From a virus, in IMG/VR virus record IMGVR_UViG_3300014838_000020, positions 1-64,000 of that record: a stretch of DNA of 64,000 nt. The stretch is one strand, 5' to 3'. Of the stretch, positions 19,706 through 29,821 are shown piece by piece (positions within the stretch are counted from its first letter, which is position 1; every line of letters starts with the position of its first letter). Both the position numbers and the translations under genes were made by a program. The notes beneath the pieces are model-generated. The model worked only from the letters and a program-made list of their open reading frames with translations, made no database searches and was not told the origin of the DNA.

Positions 19706-22282
19706 ATGGCACAGGCAGTTACTATTCTCCAGAGGCTTCTTACAAGCCTCACTGCACAGGATCCTACCTGGGATGTTTCGGTTGGATCGCCTGTATATAA
19801 AATCTTTGAATCATTCGCCAATGAGTTGGCTACAGCAATTAATACAAATACTCTTACTTCATATAGTTTTGACGTAAATAGTAAATCTGGAATTGCTCTG
19901 GATTCCTTCGTTAATATATTTGGAATTAATCGTAGACTTGGTACTAGAGCAGTAGGTTCGGTATCATTCAGTATTAGCTCACCAGCTGCTCAGATTCTTA
20001 CAATTCCTATTGGTACTCAGATCTTTGTGCCTGGATCTCAGTCATTAACTGGAAATAACATCTTCTTTGCCACAGTAGCTACTGCATTTATCGGAATTGG
20101 TCAAACTGAAGTTCAAGTTCCAATCCAAGCTGTTTTACCAGGTAGCTTTAGCAATGTTCAATCACAAACTATTACTTCTGTAACAACTGCCATACTAGGG
20201 AGTCCATCGGTTACAAATTTCAGCCCCACTCAAGGTGGTGCAGATACTGAAACTGATGTACAGTTGCAGACCAGATTTATACAAACTGCTTTTGCTAACA
20301 TTTCTGGAATCGTCAACAAATATGTACAAATGGCTCTACAAGACCCTAATATTACACAGGTCAATGTCGTTGGTGCTCAACAAACTTATACCGAACAGGA
20401 TCAGGTTTGGACAACAATAATTGGTAATAGCACTTTCATTCCAGCATTAAATTTCCAAGCACAATTAATGGCAGTTAGTGGATCAAATAATGCAGTTCTA
20501 ACTAATGGTAGTTTCCCGTCTAATGTATTTGGTGCGACCCAAATAACTCCATCGCCAATTGGATGGTCTGGAACAATTGTTAACAATGGTTCTAATTATG
20601 TGTTAAGCACTACTGTTTCTGGTAATACAGTGTTTAGTGTAGACTATTTGTTTCTTAATCCTCCAACATTTAATGGATCGAGCAACGTATCTGCTGTTGC
20701 TGCCTGGGCAATTGATAGTCTAGCTACGTTAGGTGTTTCAACTACAGCTACTTACTCTGGAACTACCATTTCTGGTGGTGGTCACATCACCTTTAATCAG
20801 CCAACAGGTTTTAATCTAATTGTTTTTAGTGGTGCTGTTAGTGGATGGAACTCTATAACCTCTCAGATACCTGACTCAAAATATACGTATCCAGAAGGTG
20901 GGGAAAGTATAGGTCAGAATTTAGGCTCTATAAGTCAAATTCTACTAACTAATGGACAAGATTATAACTATCCTGCTTCTAGTGGAGTTCCTTTAATTGT
21001 CACTCTAAAACCGAATGTTTTAAATGCTCCTCTAACATATACTGGAGAACTTCTCCAGATGCAATCCGAGTATATACCTATTTCATCAAGAATAGTTAAT
21101 CCTACAATTAATTCAAACTTTGTTGAAGTATTCATTAATGGCAATAATGCAACATCCACTACTTCACAAGTATTAGTTAGTCCAAATGTAGTCTTTACTA
21201 GCGGTATAACTAATGGATTATATAATGCAAATAACTTTAGTTATGCTAATGGACTTAATTGTATATCTGGTTCTACGAATAGTATTGGAGATTACTATAT
21301 TGGATTTGCTAATAAACCAGCAATTAACTGGCCAGCTCAATTAATTTCTGGGAACCAACCTTCTTTTATAAGTTTTGTTAGCATTTCTGGGTTCGCTGGA
21401 GTGACTAATATACCAATTTGTACAGAATTTGTTAACCTAGATCCTCCAAATATAACAGGTATCTCGGGTGCAGTTGGAACAAATATGTTTACAACTAATT
21501 CCAATATTTCTGCGTTATACCTTGGTTTAGTGATATCTGGAACGGGTATAGCAACTACTACTACTTTAAGTGGAATCCCATTCAATACCTACATAACTAG
21601 TCTTGTACCTGGTCTTCCAAACACTATCTATTTGTCAGATTTATTAACATCCAACGTTACTTCTTGTACTGGTACTTTTGTAACAGCTGCATATCCAGTT
21701 TATGATGTTACTAACAATGCAGGCTCCGTATTAGATATGACCGGAATTGCAGTTGTTAGTCATGAACAAGTTGGATATGAATCACAGAGTTATTTCCCGT
21801 GGTCTATCAGTGGTATTAACACTGCTGTTGGAACGATTTTGTATAATTACAATTATGATGTTTCTCAAGTAAATGATATAATTCAGCAATCTAGAGTTGT
21901 TGGGACTAATGTTTTAGTTCGACAAGCTCAGTATTTGAATCTTATTATTAATCTTTCGGTCATATATGTACAAAATGCCAATGTACCTGTTGTGAATTCT
22001 GCTATACAAAATGCTTTAGTACAGTTCTTACAGTCAGTTTCTTATGATCAAGTCATTAGCTTTTCTAGTTTAGCATCAGTGGTTTACGGAGTTGGTGGTG
22101 TGGCTTCTGCTAGAGTTTCTACAATATCAGATAATCTCAATCAATATGGTATTATAAGTGTTCCATTGGATGGAGATTTAACTAATGCTGTACAATACAC
22201 ATCAGATATTTTATTGGCTAATAACCAATTGGCTCAATTATTTAGTGTGAATATAACTACTTTTGGCCTCAACAATTTCTAA
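19706..22282 (+). CDS. Baseplate J-like protein
   Basis: GIALD..FGINR..GTRAVGSV.F; IPIGTQ; GGADTETDVQLQTR; C-terminal V.GV.SA motifs. Confidence 0.88.
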   Translation: MAQAVTILQRLLTSLTAQDPTWDVSVGSPVYKIFESFANELATAINTNTLTSYSFDVNSKSGIALDSFVNIFGINRRLGTRAVGSVSFSISSPAAQILTIPIGTQIFVPGSQSLTGNNIFFATVATAFIGIGQTEVQVPIQAVLPGSFSNVQSQTITSVTTAILGSPSVTNFSPTQGGADTETDVQLQTRFIQTAFANISGIVNKYVQMALQDPNITQVNVVGAQQTYTEQDQVWTTIIGNSTFIPALNFQAQLMAVSGSNNAVLTNGSFPSNVFGATQITPSPIGWSGTIVNNGSNYVLSTTVSGNTVFSVDYLFLNPPTFNGSSNVSAVAAWAIDSLATLGVSTTATYSGTTISGGGHITFNQPTGFNLIVFSGAVSGWNSITSQIPDSKYTYPEGGESIGQNLGSISQILLTNGQDYNYPASSGVPLIVTLKPNVLNAPLTYTGELLQMQSEYIPISSRIVNPTINSNFVEVFINGNNATSTTSQVLVSPNVVFTSGITNGLYNANNFSYANGLNCISGSTNSIGDYYIGFANKPAINWPAQLISGNQPSFISFVSISGFAGVTNIPICTEFVNLDPPNITGISGAVGTNMFTTNSNISALYLGLVISGTGIATTTTLSGIPFNTYITSLVPGLPNTIYLSDLLTSNVTSCTGTFVTAAYPVYDVTNNAGSVLDMTGIAVVSHEQVGYESQSYFPWSISGINTAVGTILYNYNYDVSQVNDIIQQSRVVGTNVLVRQAQYLNLIINLSVIYVQNANVPVVNSAIQNALVQFLQSVSYDQVISFSSLASVVYGVGGVASARVSTISDNLNQYGIISVPLDGDLTNAVQYTSDILLANNQLAQLFSVNITTFGLNNF

Positions 22283-22299
22283 ATAAAAATTAAATAACT

Positions 22300-23295
22300 A
22301 TGTCAGTCGTCTATCCTCTAACTCTCCCCCAAACATTACCGTGGAAGGTTCGAAACTTTCCTGATGACGTATACAATTTTAATCCAACTGATAATTTAAC
22401 TCAATTAATGAGCATCGCTCTAGGTGCAGCAGGAACTGGGCAACTAGATCTAATCTACACAGCAGCCCGAATTAATCAAGAGAACCTAGAGTTCTCTGAC
22501 CTAGACAATATTTTGGGACTTCTTTTAAACACTCGAAGATTAGTAACAGAGATGTATAATACTGTTAATAATCCATTCACTGACCAGCTAAGTATTGACA
22601 ATTGGGAAGATGTCATATCAAAAGATTCAGCCTATAGAGAAAGATTAAATGGCGTTGGCAGTTCCTATCTACAAGGGGCTACTCCAACAGGTTTAAGAAA
22701 TATTGCCAATTCTACAAACTCCCTTGAAAATAAGATCATCGAAGTTTGGAATGTAACTACTTCTGGTTTAACAGTTTCTGGTACTAACTACAACACCAGA
22801 GGCTTTGGCGTTAACGAAACTCTTATTGTCCCGTTAGTACCTGATGATCTAACATTTGATAATGACCTAAAACGAGATACACTACAGAGTCTTTACAACT
22901 TAAAACCTGTTGGTAATATAGTTACAATTACCAGTGGTGTAAATCCATATAATGACTTAGATTACATAGTAACATCGGGGAATTCTGAATTTTTCTATCT
23001 AGATCGTCAAGTACTTGCTAATGGGGTTAACACACCATCTTCTGTCTTTAATGCAGGCAATACTGCTGTAAGTAGCAGATATTTTTTGAAAAATAATGTA
23101 AACGTCGAAGTACCACAATTTGCTCATATAGTGACGGAAGAATCAATAACTGATGTAACTCTAAACATTTCAACCGTTGCTGTTATTCCTTTAAGTTCAT
23201 TGTCAAGTACTGGAGAACTACCAGGGTATAGCACTACATTACCTATTGGTAATCCCAGTTTTTCTATAACAGCTACGGTATATGGCAACGCGTAG
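22300..23295 (+). CDS. Baseplate wedge protein (gpI-like)
   Basis: Follows the J-like gene; DSAYRERL...GATPTGLR...LKPVG motif. Confidence 0.65.
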   Translation: MSVVYPLTLPQTLPWKVRNFPDDVYNFNPTDNLTQLMSIALGAAGTGQLDLIYTAARINQENLEFSDLDNILGLLLNTRRLVTEMYNTVNNPFTDQLSIDNWEDVISKDSAYRERLNGVGSSYLQGATPTGLRNIANSTNSLENKIIEVWNVTTSGLTVSGTNYNTRGFGVNETLIVPLVPDDLTFDNDLKRDTLQSLYNLKPVGNIVTITSGVNPYNDLDYIVTSGNSEFFYLDRQVLANGVNTPSSVFNAGNTAVSSRYFLKNNVNVEVPQFAHIVTEESITDVTLNISTVAVIPLSSLSSTGELPGYSTTLPIGNPSFSITATVYGNA

Positions 23296-23884
23296 CATGA
23301 GATACGGCTCTAGAGTACCTAAAATCTATGGTCTATATGATCCTAGAAAGCCTGATGACATTAAATATGTTGGTGTTACAATACAAAATTTAACTGATCG
23401 GCTAAGTAACCATAGACGTAATATTTGGGAAACAAAAAACCCTACTAATAAAGAAAAATGGATTGATAGATTAAAAAGAGAAGGTGTGCAACCGGAAATT
23501 AAACTTCTCGAAGAGTGTGAAACAGTTGAGTTAATGTACGAGCAAGAAATTGTATGGATTCAAAATCTTCGTAAACAAGGTTATAAACTTGCTAATACGA
23601 GTAAGGGAGGAAGAGGGGGTTTTTCCTACCCTAAGAGTGATAAATGGAAACAGTTTATTAAAGAAGATAATATTAGACGTAATTTAGATCCAGAGTACCA
23701 TAAAAAATTATCACAAGCACAGGTAGAATCTTATAAAAATAATCCAGAGCAAAAAGAGAAACAAAGTAGTTCTCAAAAACTCCTGTGGCAAGATCCAGAA
23801 TGGAGGAGTAAAACGATTGCAACGATGAAGAAAAACCGTTCGATCAACCCCACTCTTCATCGTAATAAAAACGGAAACCAATAG
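23282..23884 (+). CDS. GIY-YIG homing endonuclease
   Basis: KIYGLYDP...KYVGVT..R..H...E..WI..L.N..GG catalytic signature, followed by a basic DNA-binding tail. Confidence 0.88.
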   Translation: MATRSMRYGSRVPKIYGLYDPRKPDDIKYVGVTIQNLTDRLSNHRRNIWETKNPTNKEKWIDRLKREGVQPEIKLLEECETVELMYEQEIVWIQNLRKQGYKLANTSKGGRGGFSYPKSDKWKQFIKEDNIRRNLDPEYHKKLSQAQVESYKNNPEQKEKQSSSQKLLWQDPEWRSKTIATMKKNRSINPTLHRNKNGNQ

Positions 23885-26037
23885 TGGCAATTACCCCTCC
23901 CCAACTCAACCCGCTTTTAACCTTTCCTGACAATTCACAGTTACCGGAAATGTCCGTAGATGGTATCATAATTGATCGTGTATATGGAGCAACTGGTGTA
24001 TTAGACACTATCCAGAGTAAAACAACATCACAGTATCAGGACCCAAATAGCAATCAGATTAATCCACCTGCTCAAATTTCATTACCTAATCAGGGCAACT
24101 CTACAGTTTGGTACAGTTCTTTAGTTGACGATGTTTATAATACTGGGTTTGCATTAGCCTTTCAATTTAGTAGAACTACGTATATAAATTATGTAACTTT
24201 TGATTTACTGAATGTGCCTTGTTCTTGGACACTATTACAAGTTAGTGGTACTTATAGTCCAATAATTGGCGGGAATGTGTTAGCTCAAGGTATAGTAAAT
24301 GGAACTAATAGTCAAGGCTGGATAAATTTTGAAGAGACATTACCAGAAACTTGCTATTTCGATAGCAGTATTAATTTGGTATTAGTTATAACTAAGTTAC
24401 CTACTGGTACTCAATATAATTTCGGTGTGCAAAATTTCTTAACTAAATTAGTAGTTCAGGAAATCTCTGATATCGAAATGAATATTGGTTCTTTTGCTTA
24501 TGACCAATATATTAGCTCTCTAGCCCCTTCTGCATGGTGGAAATTGTCTGATGCAGTTGAAAACTCTCCAACTGCTATTGACTCATCGGGTAATGGGTAT
24601 ATAGGCACCGTCATGAGTGGCGTAACATTCGGTAAGACTGGACCCACTGGTACAGGTGCTGACACAGCGGCGTTATTCAACGGCATTTCGGGTCACATCT
24701 CTACATCATTCCAACCTTCAGGCACTGCATTTAGTCTGACGGTCGCTCTTAACATGAAAAAACCAAGTGGTTCAGAGTTGCTGGTGTCATCATCAGATGA
24801 ACGCTATACTGGCATTGAGATTCTCATTGACGCAAATGGTAATTATCATGTGAAAGTTGGCAATGGAACAACAATGGTGAACTTTATGGGTGCTACGGTT
24901 GTTGCTGACTCAACATGGCACTTCATAACATTTACATACAATGGTTCTATCGTTCGTTCTTATGTTGACTATAATAGTACAGTGGATGGATCTGCAGTGT
25001 TAAGCGGTAGTATTCTGAGTAATCTTTTTAGTATTGTATTGGGCACATATGCACCAGCACCTGGAACTTTTAATTTTTCTGGTACAATGGCACAAGTTGC
25101 GATCTTTAACACTGTTCTTACTACTGCTCAACTCGCTGCATTGAAAAATGCAGTATCTGTAGTTGGACAATATACAATTCCTTCTATGACCACTCAAAAT
25201 AGTTTTGGGTTTATTGAAACCTTTACATCGGTAATATATAATTATGGTAATTTTCAAGTTCCAAATCAAGAAAGTATATACTGGAAGTGTAGTCCTCAAC
25301 CAGTAAAGGATGCAGTAGTTTGGTTTACATTAGATCTTGGACAAACTCAAGTAATCAATAGAATGTATGTCGACCCTTTATATACTGGCTGTTCATTTAA
25401 TTTATATTGGAGTATCGACAATATTAATTGGACTCCTGTTAACCAGGATCTAACATTGCACAAAGGTATGTATTGTTTGAACCCAATTTGCGCCAGGTAT
25501 CTTAAATTAGAATTCTCCCAATTAGTCCCCGAAGTGTATGATCTCCCATTTGATGCTGTTAATAGAGTCGTACAGGTATTCCCAGATTATGTTGATACAT
25601 ATTTCCTTGGATTAGAACAGGCTCTTCTAGATGCACCCGCACAAACTTATAATAACTTAGTTGGTAATAGCCCTAACATACTTTACAATACTTCTCCAAG
25701 CATCTCTAGTAACTATGGAGCCCTAGTTGGTCAATTAACTTCTGATCAATTTGGTGGTTCACCTACAAATCTTGGATTAGCTAATCTGGGGGATAATAGT
25801 TCAAGTTATAGTGTAGTAGATCCTACAGTTTCATATAAAAATCTGCAAGACGTTGCGAATGAAGGAAGTATTTTCTCTAATGTGGGTGATACCCCATTCA
25901 TGAATCGTAGATTCTATCAGTATGGACCTCATACATATAAAGAAGTCTTGATCAATCAAACTTGGCATGAAGCATATTTTGTTGGCATCAAATATCTAAG
26001 TTTTTATAACATAGAACAAATTGGATTCCCACAATAA
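23884..26037 (+). CDS. Baseplate/tail protein with inserted LamG (concanavalin-A-like) domain
   Basis: PSAWWKL..AIDSSGNG...WHFITFTYNG...FSGTMAQVAIFNTVLT at about 24500-25150; discoidin-like LDLG..INRMY..ARYLKL region after it. Confidence 0.75.
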   Translation: MAITPPQLNPLLTFPDNSQLPEMSVDGIIIDRVYGATGVLDTIQSKTTSQYQDPNSNQINPPAQISLPNQGNSTVWYSSLVDDVYNTGFALAFQFSRTTYINYVTFDLLNVPCSWTLLQVSGTYSPIIGGNVLAQGIVNGTNSQGWINFEETLPETCYFDSSINLVLVITKLPTGTQYNFGVQNFLTKLVVQEISDIEMNIGSFAYDQYISSLAPSAWWKLSDAVENSPTAIDSSGNGYIGTVMSGVTFGKTGPTGTGADTAALFNGISGHISTSFQPSGTAFSLTVALNMKKPSGSELLVSSSDERYTGIEILIDANGNYHVKVGNGTTMVNFMGATVVADSTWHFITFTYNGSIVRSYVDYNSTVDGSAVLSGSILSNLFSIVLGTYAPAPGTFNFSGTMAQVAIFNTVLTTAQLAALKNAVSVVGQYTIPSMTTQNSFGFIETFTSVIYNYGNFQVPNQESIYWKCSPQPVKDAVVWFTLDLGQTQVINRMYVDPLYTGCSFNLYWSIDNINWTPVNQDLTLHKGMYCLNPICARYLKLEFSQLVPEVYDLPFDAVNRVVQVFPDYVDTYFLGLEQALLDAPAQTYNNLVGNSPNILYNTSPSISSNYGALVGQLTSDQFGGSPTNLGLANLGDNSSSYSVVDPTVSYKNLQDVANEGSIFSNVGDTPFMNRRFYQYGPHTYKEVLINQTWHEAYFVGIKYLSFYNIEQIGFPQ

Positions 26038-27488
26038 TGGCAGTTTTTACTGACTACTTCTTCGCTGTTGGCCCAAATAATAACCAGGCAGTTTCTAATA
26101 CATTAATTAATCCAGCGTCAACGGCCACTTTGGTATCAGGATACGGTGGATATACAGGGAACGCTGGGGATATACTACAAACAAATCAATTGCGTACTAT
26201 ACAAAGTTTTCAAAGTTTTAATGTAGGTAGCATTGCTACTGATTGGCAGAGTTTTTTAAGTTCAACGGTCACTCTTTTGAGGAGCAACTCTCCTGCTCAA
26301 TTGGGACTTACTATTTCTGGTGTTTTCTATACTTCAAACCAGACTAACCCTAATTATGGTATCTATACATTTAGTGGATCGAGCGGGAATAGTTATGTTC
26401 AAACTACTTTAGGTGGTGGTAATAACTTGTTAACTTCTAGTGAGGCAAACTTCACTACGGGAGGATGGTCAGGCAGTAATGTAACTTCTGGCACTAGTGT
26501 TACAATATCTGGATTAACATCAGTCAATATTCCACTTCTTTCTGATGTATCTTATGGCGCATCATTCGGTGAGTTCCCATATGGTACATCAGCACTTGGT
26601 GGTTTGGCCATAGAAGGATTAAACATAAATCAGTATGACTATTTAGTAACTGCTTCTGGCACTGGGACAGTCACTATGACTATTAATTACTCTTCTACTA
26701 GTTATACACAGAAATTTACAATTTCTGGAATCGATAATCTTAATTTTTTAACAAATCAGCCAGATAACACTGATGTAATAAATATATCATTAACAACCAG
26801 TGGGCAAATTACATATTCACAAGCTGGTTTGTTTAATGGATATACTACTTCGTGGGTATCGTCTTTGCTAACGGATAGTATGAGAATTTCTACTGTGGCT
26901 AGGCTTTTTCTTCCTAATACCAGCACTGGCACATATACACTTTCTCTGTATAGTAATGCTGGTGTTTTATTAGCTGATAAGTTTTTCTCTGGGTTGCTAA
27001 CGCAAACATGGATCGACCTTACTGTTGATTATATATTACCTCCCCAAGTTACTAACCAATCGTTTTATGCTGTATTATCTCAAAGTTACTCTACGGAAGT
27101 ATACGAGCTCAGTATGTTTGGGATGTTCTATAATCCACTTTCTTATCAATTTAGTACTGATAACTCTACATGGTATCCGATTACCATCGGCATTAATGAT
27201 GCATTTACTGCAATTACTATTGAACAACCAACTCAAAGTTTTTACTTAAAGGTTACTTTCTTACAGGATTACACAACAATCAATGCAATACAAATTGTAC
27301 CTAAATTTACTCAAACTCCTTTTTATAATTCCACTAATATTAACTTTTTGAGTGACCCAAAAATTAATGAAATCGCTGATAGGATTCCGGTTCAACTACA
27401 ACCATTGTTCCAACCTATATCATTGGACTTTCCATTCATCTACTCACAACAAGAGTTAATGAATATAACATCACCGTTTTTGCTGTAG
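26037..27488 (+). CDS. Tail/baseplate structural protein
   Basis: T/S/G-rich beta protein; TAATG-coupled to the upstream gene. Confidence 0.55.
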   Translation: MAVFTDYFFAVGPNNNQAVSNTLINPASTATLVSGYGGYTGNAGDILQTNQLRTIQSFQSFNVGSIATDWQSFLSSTVTLLRSNSPAQLGLTISGVFYTSNQTNPNYGIYTFSGSSGNSYVQTTLGGGNNLLTSSEANFTTGGWSGSNVTSGTSVTISGLTSVNIPLLSDVSYGASFGEFPYGTSALGGLAIEGLNINQYDYLVTASGTGTVTMTINYSSTSYTQKFTISGIDNLNFLTNQPDNTDVINISLTTSGQITYSQAGLFNGYTTSWVSSLLTDSMRISTVARLFLPNTSTGTYTLSLYSNAGVLLADKFFSGLLTQTWIDLTVDYILPPQVTNQSFYAVLSQSYSTEVYELSMFGMFYNPLSYQFSTDNSTWYPITIGINDAFTAITIEQPTQSFYLKVTFLQDYTTINAIQIVPKFTQTPFYNSTNINFLSDPKINEIADRIPVQLQPLFQPISLDFPFIYSQQELMNITSPFLL

Positions 27489-27493
27489 TTAGT

Positions 27494-28312
27494 ATGATTA
27501 AACTCTGTGAATGTGGTCTTTGCAATCTAGAGGTTAAACCCAACAATAGGTTCATTAAAGGACATAATCGTAAAAAGTATTTAGTAAGTAAAAATGAATC
27601 CCTTAGTCAGCGTAGGGAAAAATTAAAGAATCTTGGATCTTTAGAAATAAAAGAAGGGATTAAACTTTGTGCTTGTGGCTGTAATGAAACAGTTAAACTA
27701 GGGAATAAATATATTAATCATCATTCTAATAGGGGAATAATACTATCTAAAAGAAGTAAGGTGATAACACCCAGAATTTGCGTTTGTGGTTGTAACGAAA
27801 CATTTATTTCTAAAAGAAGAGAGACTCAATATAAACGAGGGCATTCTAACAGAGGTTTAAAACACACTCCAGAACAAATTGAAAAAACCCGACAATCTAA
27901 TATAGGCCGTAAACATCCTCCACGCGCTGAAGAGTTTAAGGAAAGAATGTCAAAAACAACAAAACGAGCTTGGGCTGAAGACAGACTCAAAGTATCTGGT
28001 CTTAGATATTCTTCTTATGAAGTATCAGCTGCTCATTACCTTGAACCTCTTGGATTTATAGCTACTTATAAAGATCAAAGACGAGTTGTTTGTACAGATA
28101 GAACTAGAGTTCCTGATTTTATCAATTACGATACCATGCAAATAGTAGAATTATTTGGGGTTTGGTGGCATAGAGATCGTCCTTTGCCTAAAGGAAAATC
28201 TCATGAGACCCATGGATATATCATAAAGCGTTATAAAGAAGTGGGGTATGCTTGTCGAGTAATATGGATTGAAGAAGAATTCGATGATTTTATTAAAGAG
28301 CTAAATAAGTAA
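27494..28312 (+). CDS. Free-standing homing endonuclease (CxCGC repeats + NUMOD3 + Vsr/EDxHD-like), paralog of 4212..5114
   Basis: Three C-x-C-G-(L)C...GH repeats; HTPEQIEK; PDF..QIVELFGVWWHRDRPLPKGK. Confidence 0.8.
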   Translation: MIKLCECGLCNLEVKPNNRFIKGHNRKKYLVSKNESLSQRREKLKNLGSLEIKEGIKLCACGCNETVKLGNKYINHHSNRGIILSKRSKVITPRICVCGCNETFISKRRETQYKRGHSNRGLKHTPEQIEKTRQSNIGRKHPPRAEEFKERMSKTTKRAWAEDRLKVSGLRYSSYEVSAAHYLEPLGFIATYKDQRRVVCTDRTRVPDFINYDTMQIVELFGVWWHRDRPLPKGKSHETHGYIIKRYKEVGYACRVIWIEEEFDDFIKELNK

Positions 28313-28322
28313 ATATATCATC

Positions 28323-28970
28323 TTAGAGATCTAATACAAATTGCGAATTTCCATAATTTGCCTGGTATTTAGTAATATCTAAGTTTCTAAAGTAGCGTTC
28401 ATTTCTGTTGACGCCATCTTCCTTGTAAATGCTGGGAGGTCTTTCATTTAAATTTACTTCAAAGAGTTCTGGATGGTAAAGAGCATATCCTTTTTGTAGG
28501 GTATTTTCTGCTTTTGTTGCTATTCTCTTAGCACTGTCTAAGTCTTCATAGTCTGTATTTTTCAACTCTAAAATTTCTTCTTTCTTTGACAGCAAGTAAC
28601 TATATTTGTAGGCACAAATATTCATTGTTCCTGGATCAGAATTAAGCATACACACCACATCTGGTTCTCCTGCTGGAATATCATTTACCAGTTTACCAAA
28701 GTTAGGACCTGCTTTACATGTATCATGTAGTAAGAACCAGTAGTCAGATTCTATTTCATTTTCCACGATATCTATTAAAGCAGTATAGTCAAAAGAGTTA
28801 TGTGCTACTCGTGTATGAGTAATTCCTTTGCGAATTTCCCACCATCTTTCGGCGTACCCTCCCTCAAAGATAAAGATATCTTTAGTTTCTACACTTTGAA
28901 GTAGAGAGGGAATAATAACAGGTAAAGTATAAGAACTGAACTTACGTACAGAACTTATTGCTATCTTCAT
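28323..28970 (-). CDS. Putative glycosyltransferase (GT-A-like)
   Basis: IAISS...PSLL...IFIFEGG...YWFLLHDT (DxD-like); part of the sugar operon. Confidence 0.55.
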   Translation of the reverse strand: MKIAISSVRKFSSYTLPVIIPSLLQSVETKDIFIFEGGYAERWWEIRKGITHTRVAHNSFDYTALIDIVENEIESDYWFLLHDTCKAGPNFGKLVNDIPAGEPDVVCMLNSDPGTMNICAYKYSYLLSKKEEILELKNTDYEDLDSAKRIATKAENTLQKGYALYHPELFEVNLNERPPSIYKEDGVNRNERYFRNLDITKYQANYGNSQFVLDL

Positions 28971-29821
28971 TTTACTAAACTTGTTAGAATTTCTTTATAA
29001 GAGTCTAAAATATCTGTTGTTTGTAAATAGTCTCTCTGTGTATGGAAAGCATAATGAACGATTAACACATCCCCATAAATAATATTGGGACGATTTAAAC
29101 GTCGTGGAATATCGGAAGAAACTGCAATCTCTTCATTCCAATCTAGTTCAACACCTGCAAGATCTCGTCCAAACCAACAAAGAGAATTGATGGATATTCT
29201 TTCATACTCAGCAAGTACCCATTCAGGGAAACGATAATCGTCTAATGTATTATTAGATAGTTTATCTAGGAAGTTCTTGTGCTTTTTAACAGCCACTTCT
29301 CCATTTTCAACTCCATTAATATTTACACAGTCATATGCAATATTTTCTGCAATATTAAGTGCGCGAATTCTTTGGTGGATATGATCACAGATACTATTAT
29401 TAATAATATTTGGTAGAACAAATAAATATTCAAGATTTTTAATTCGAAAATTCACCATTTTTTCGATAAAGCCTTCTTCGATATAGATGACATCATCATC
29501 TAGTCGAACATAAATTGTACTATGGTCTTTGAATCCTTCCCAAAACTTATTCAGTAACAGAGGATTATGTGACTTGCCTTCGAATTCACGTTCCGGAAGA
29601 GGGAGATGAATTAATCGTTCATCTAGAGTAATTTTATCATACTTTTCCGCTTGTTCATAAAGCCATTTAAGATTTTCTTCATCAGTAGTATTGATACAAA
29701 ATCTAATTTCATCAACATAATCATATTCCCTTAAGATTTGAGGGAGCAGTAATTCCATATACTCTTTTCGACCAGCACCAATAGTGACTACAATCTTATA
29801 TTCCTGTTGCACAGTTATCAT
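28967..29821 (-). CDS. Putative glycosyltransferase (GT-A fold)
   Basis: AGRKEYMELL...IYVRLDDDVIYI (DxD)...PNIINN...HYAF. Confidence 0.7.
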   Translation of the reverse strand: MITVQQEYKIVVTIGAGRKEYMELLLPQILREYDYVDEIRFCINTTDEENLKWLYEQAEKYDKITLDERLIHLPLPEREFEGKSHNPLLLNKFWEGFKDHSTIYVRLDDDVIYIEEGFIEKMVNFRIKNLEYLFVLPNIINNSICDHIHQRIRALNIAENIAYDCVNINGVENGEVAVKKHKNFLDKLSNNTLDDYRFPEWVLAEYERISINSLCWFGRDLAGVELDWNEEIAVSSDIPRRLNRPNIIYGDVLIVHYAFHTQRDYLQTTDILDSYKEILTSLVK

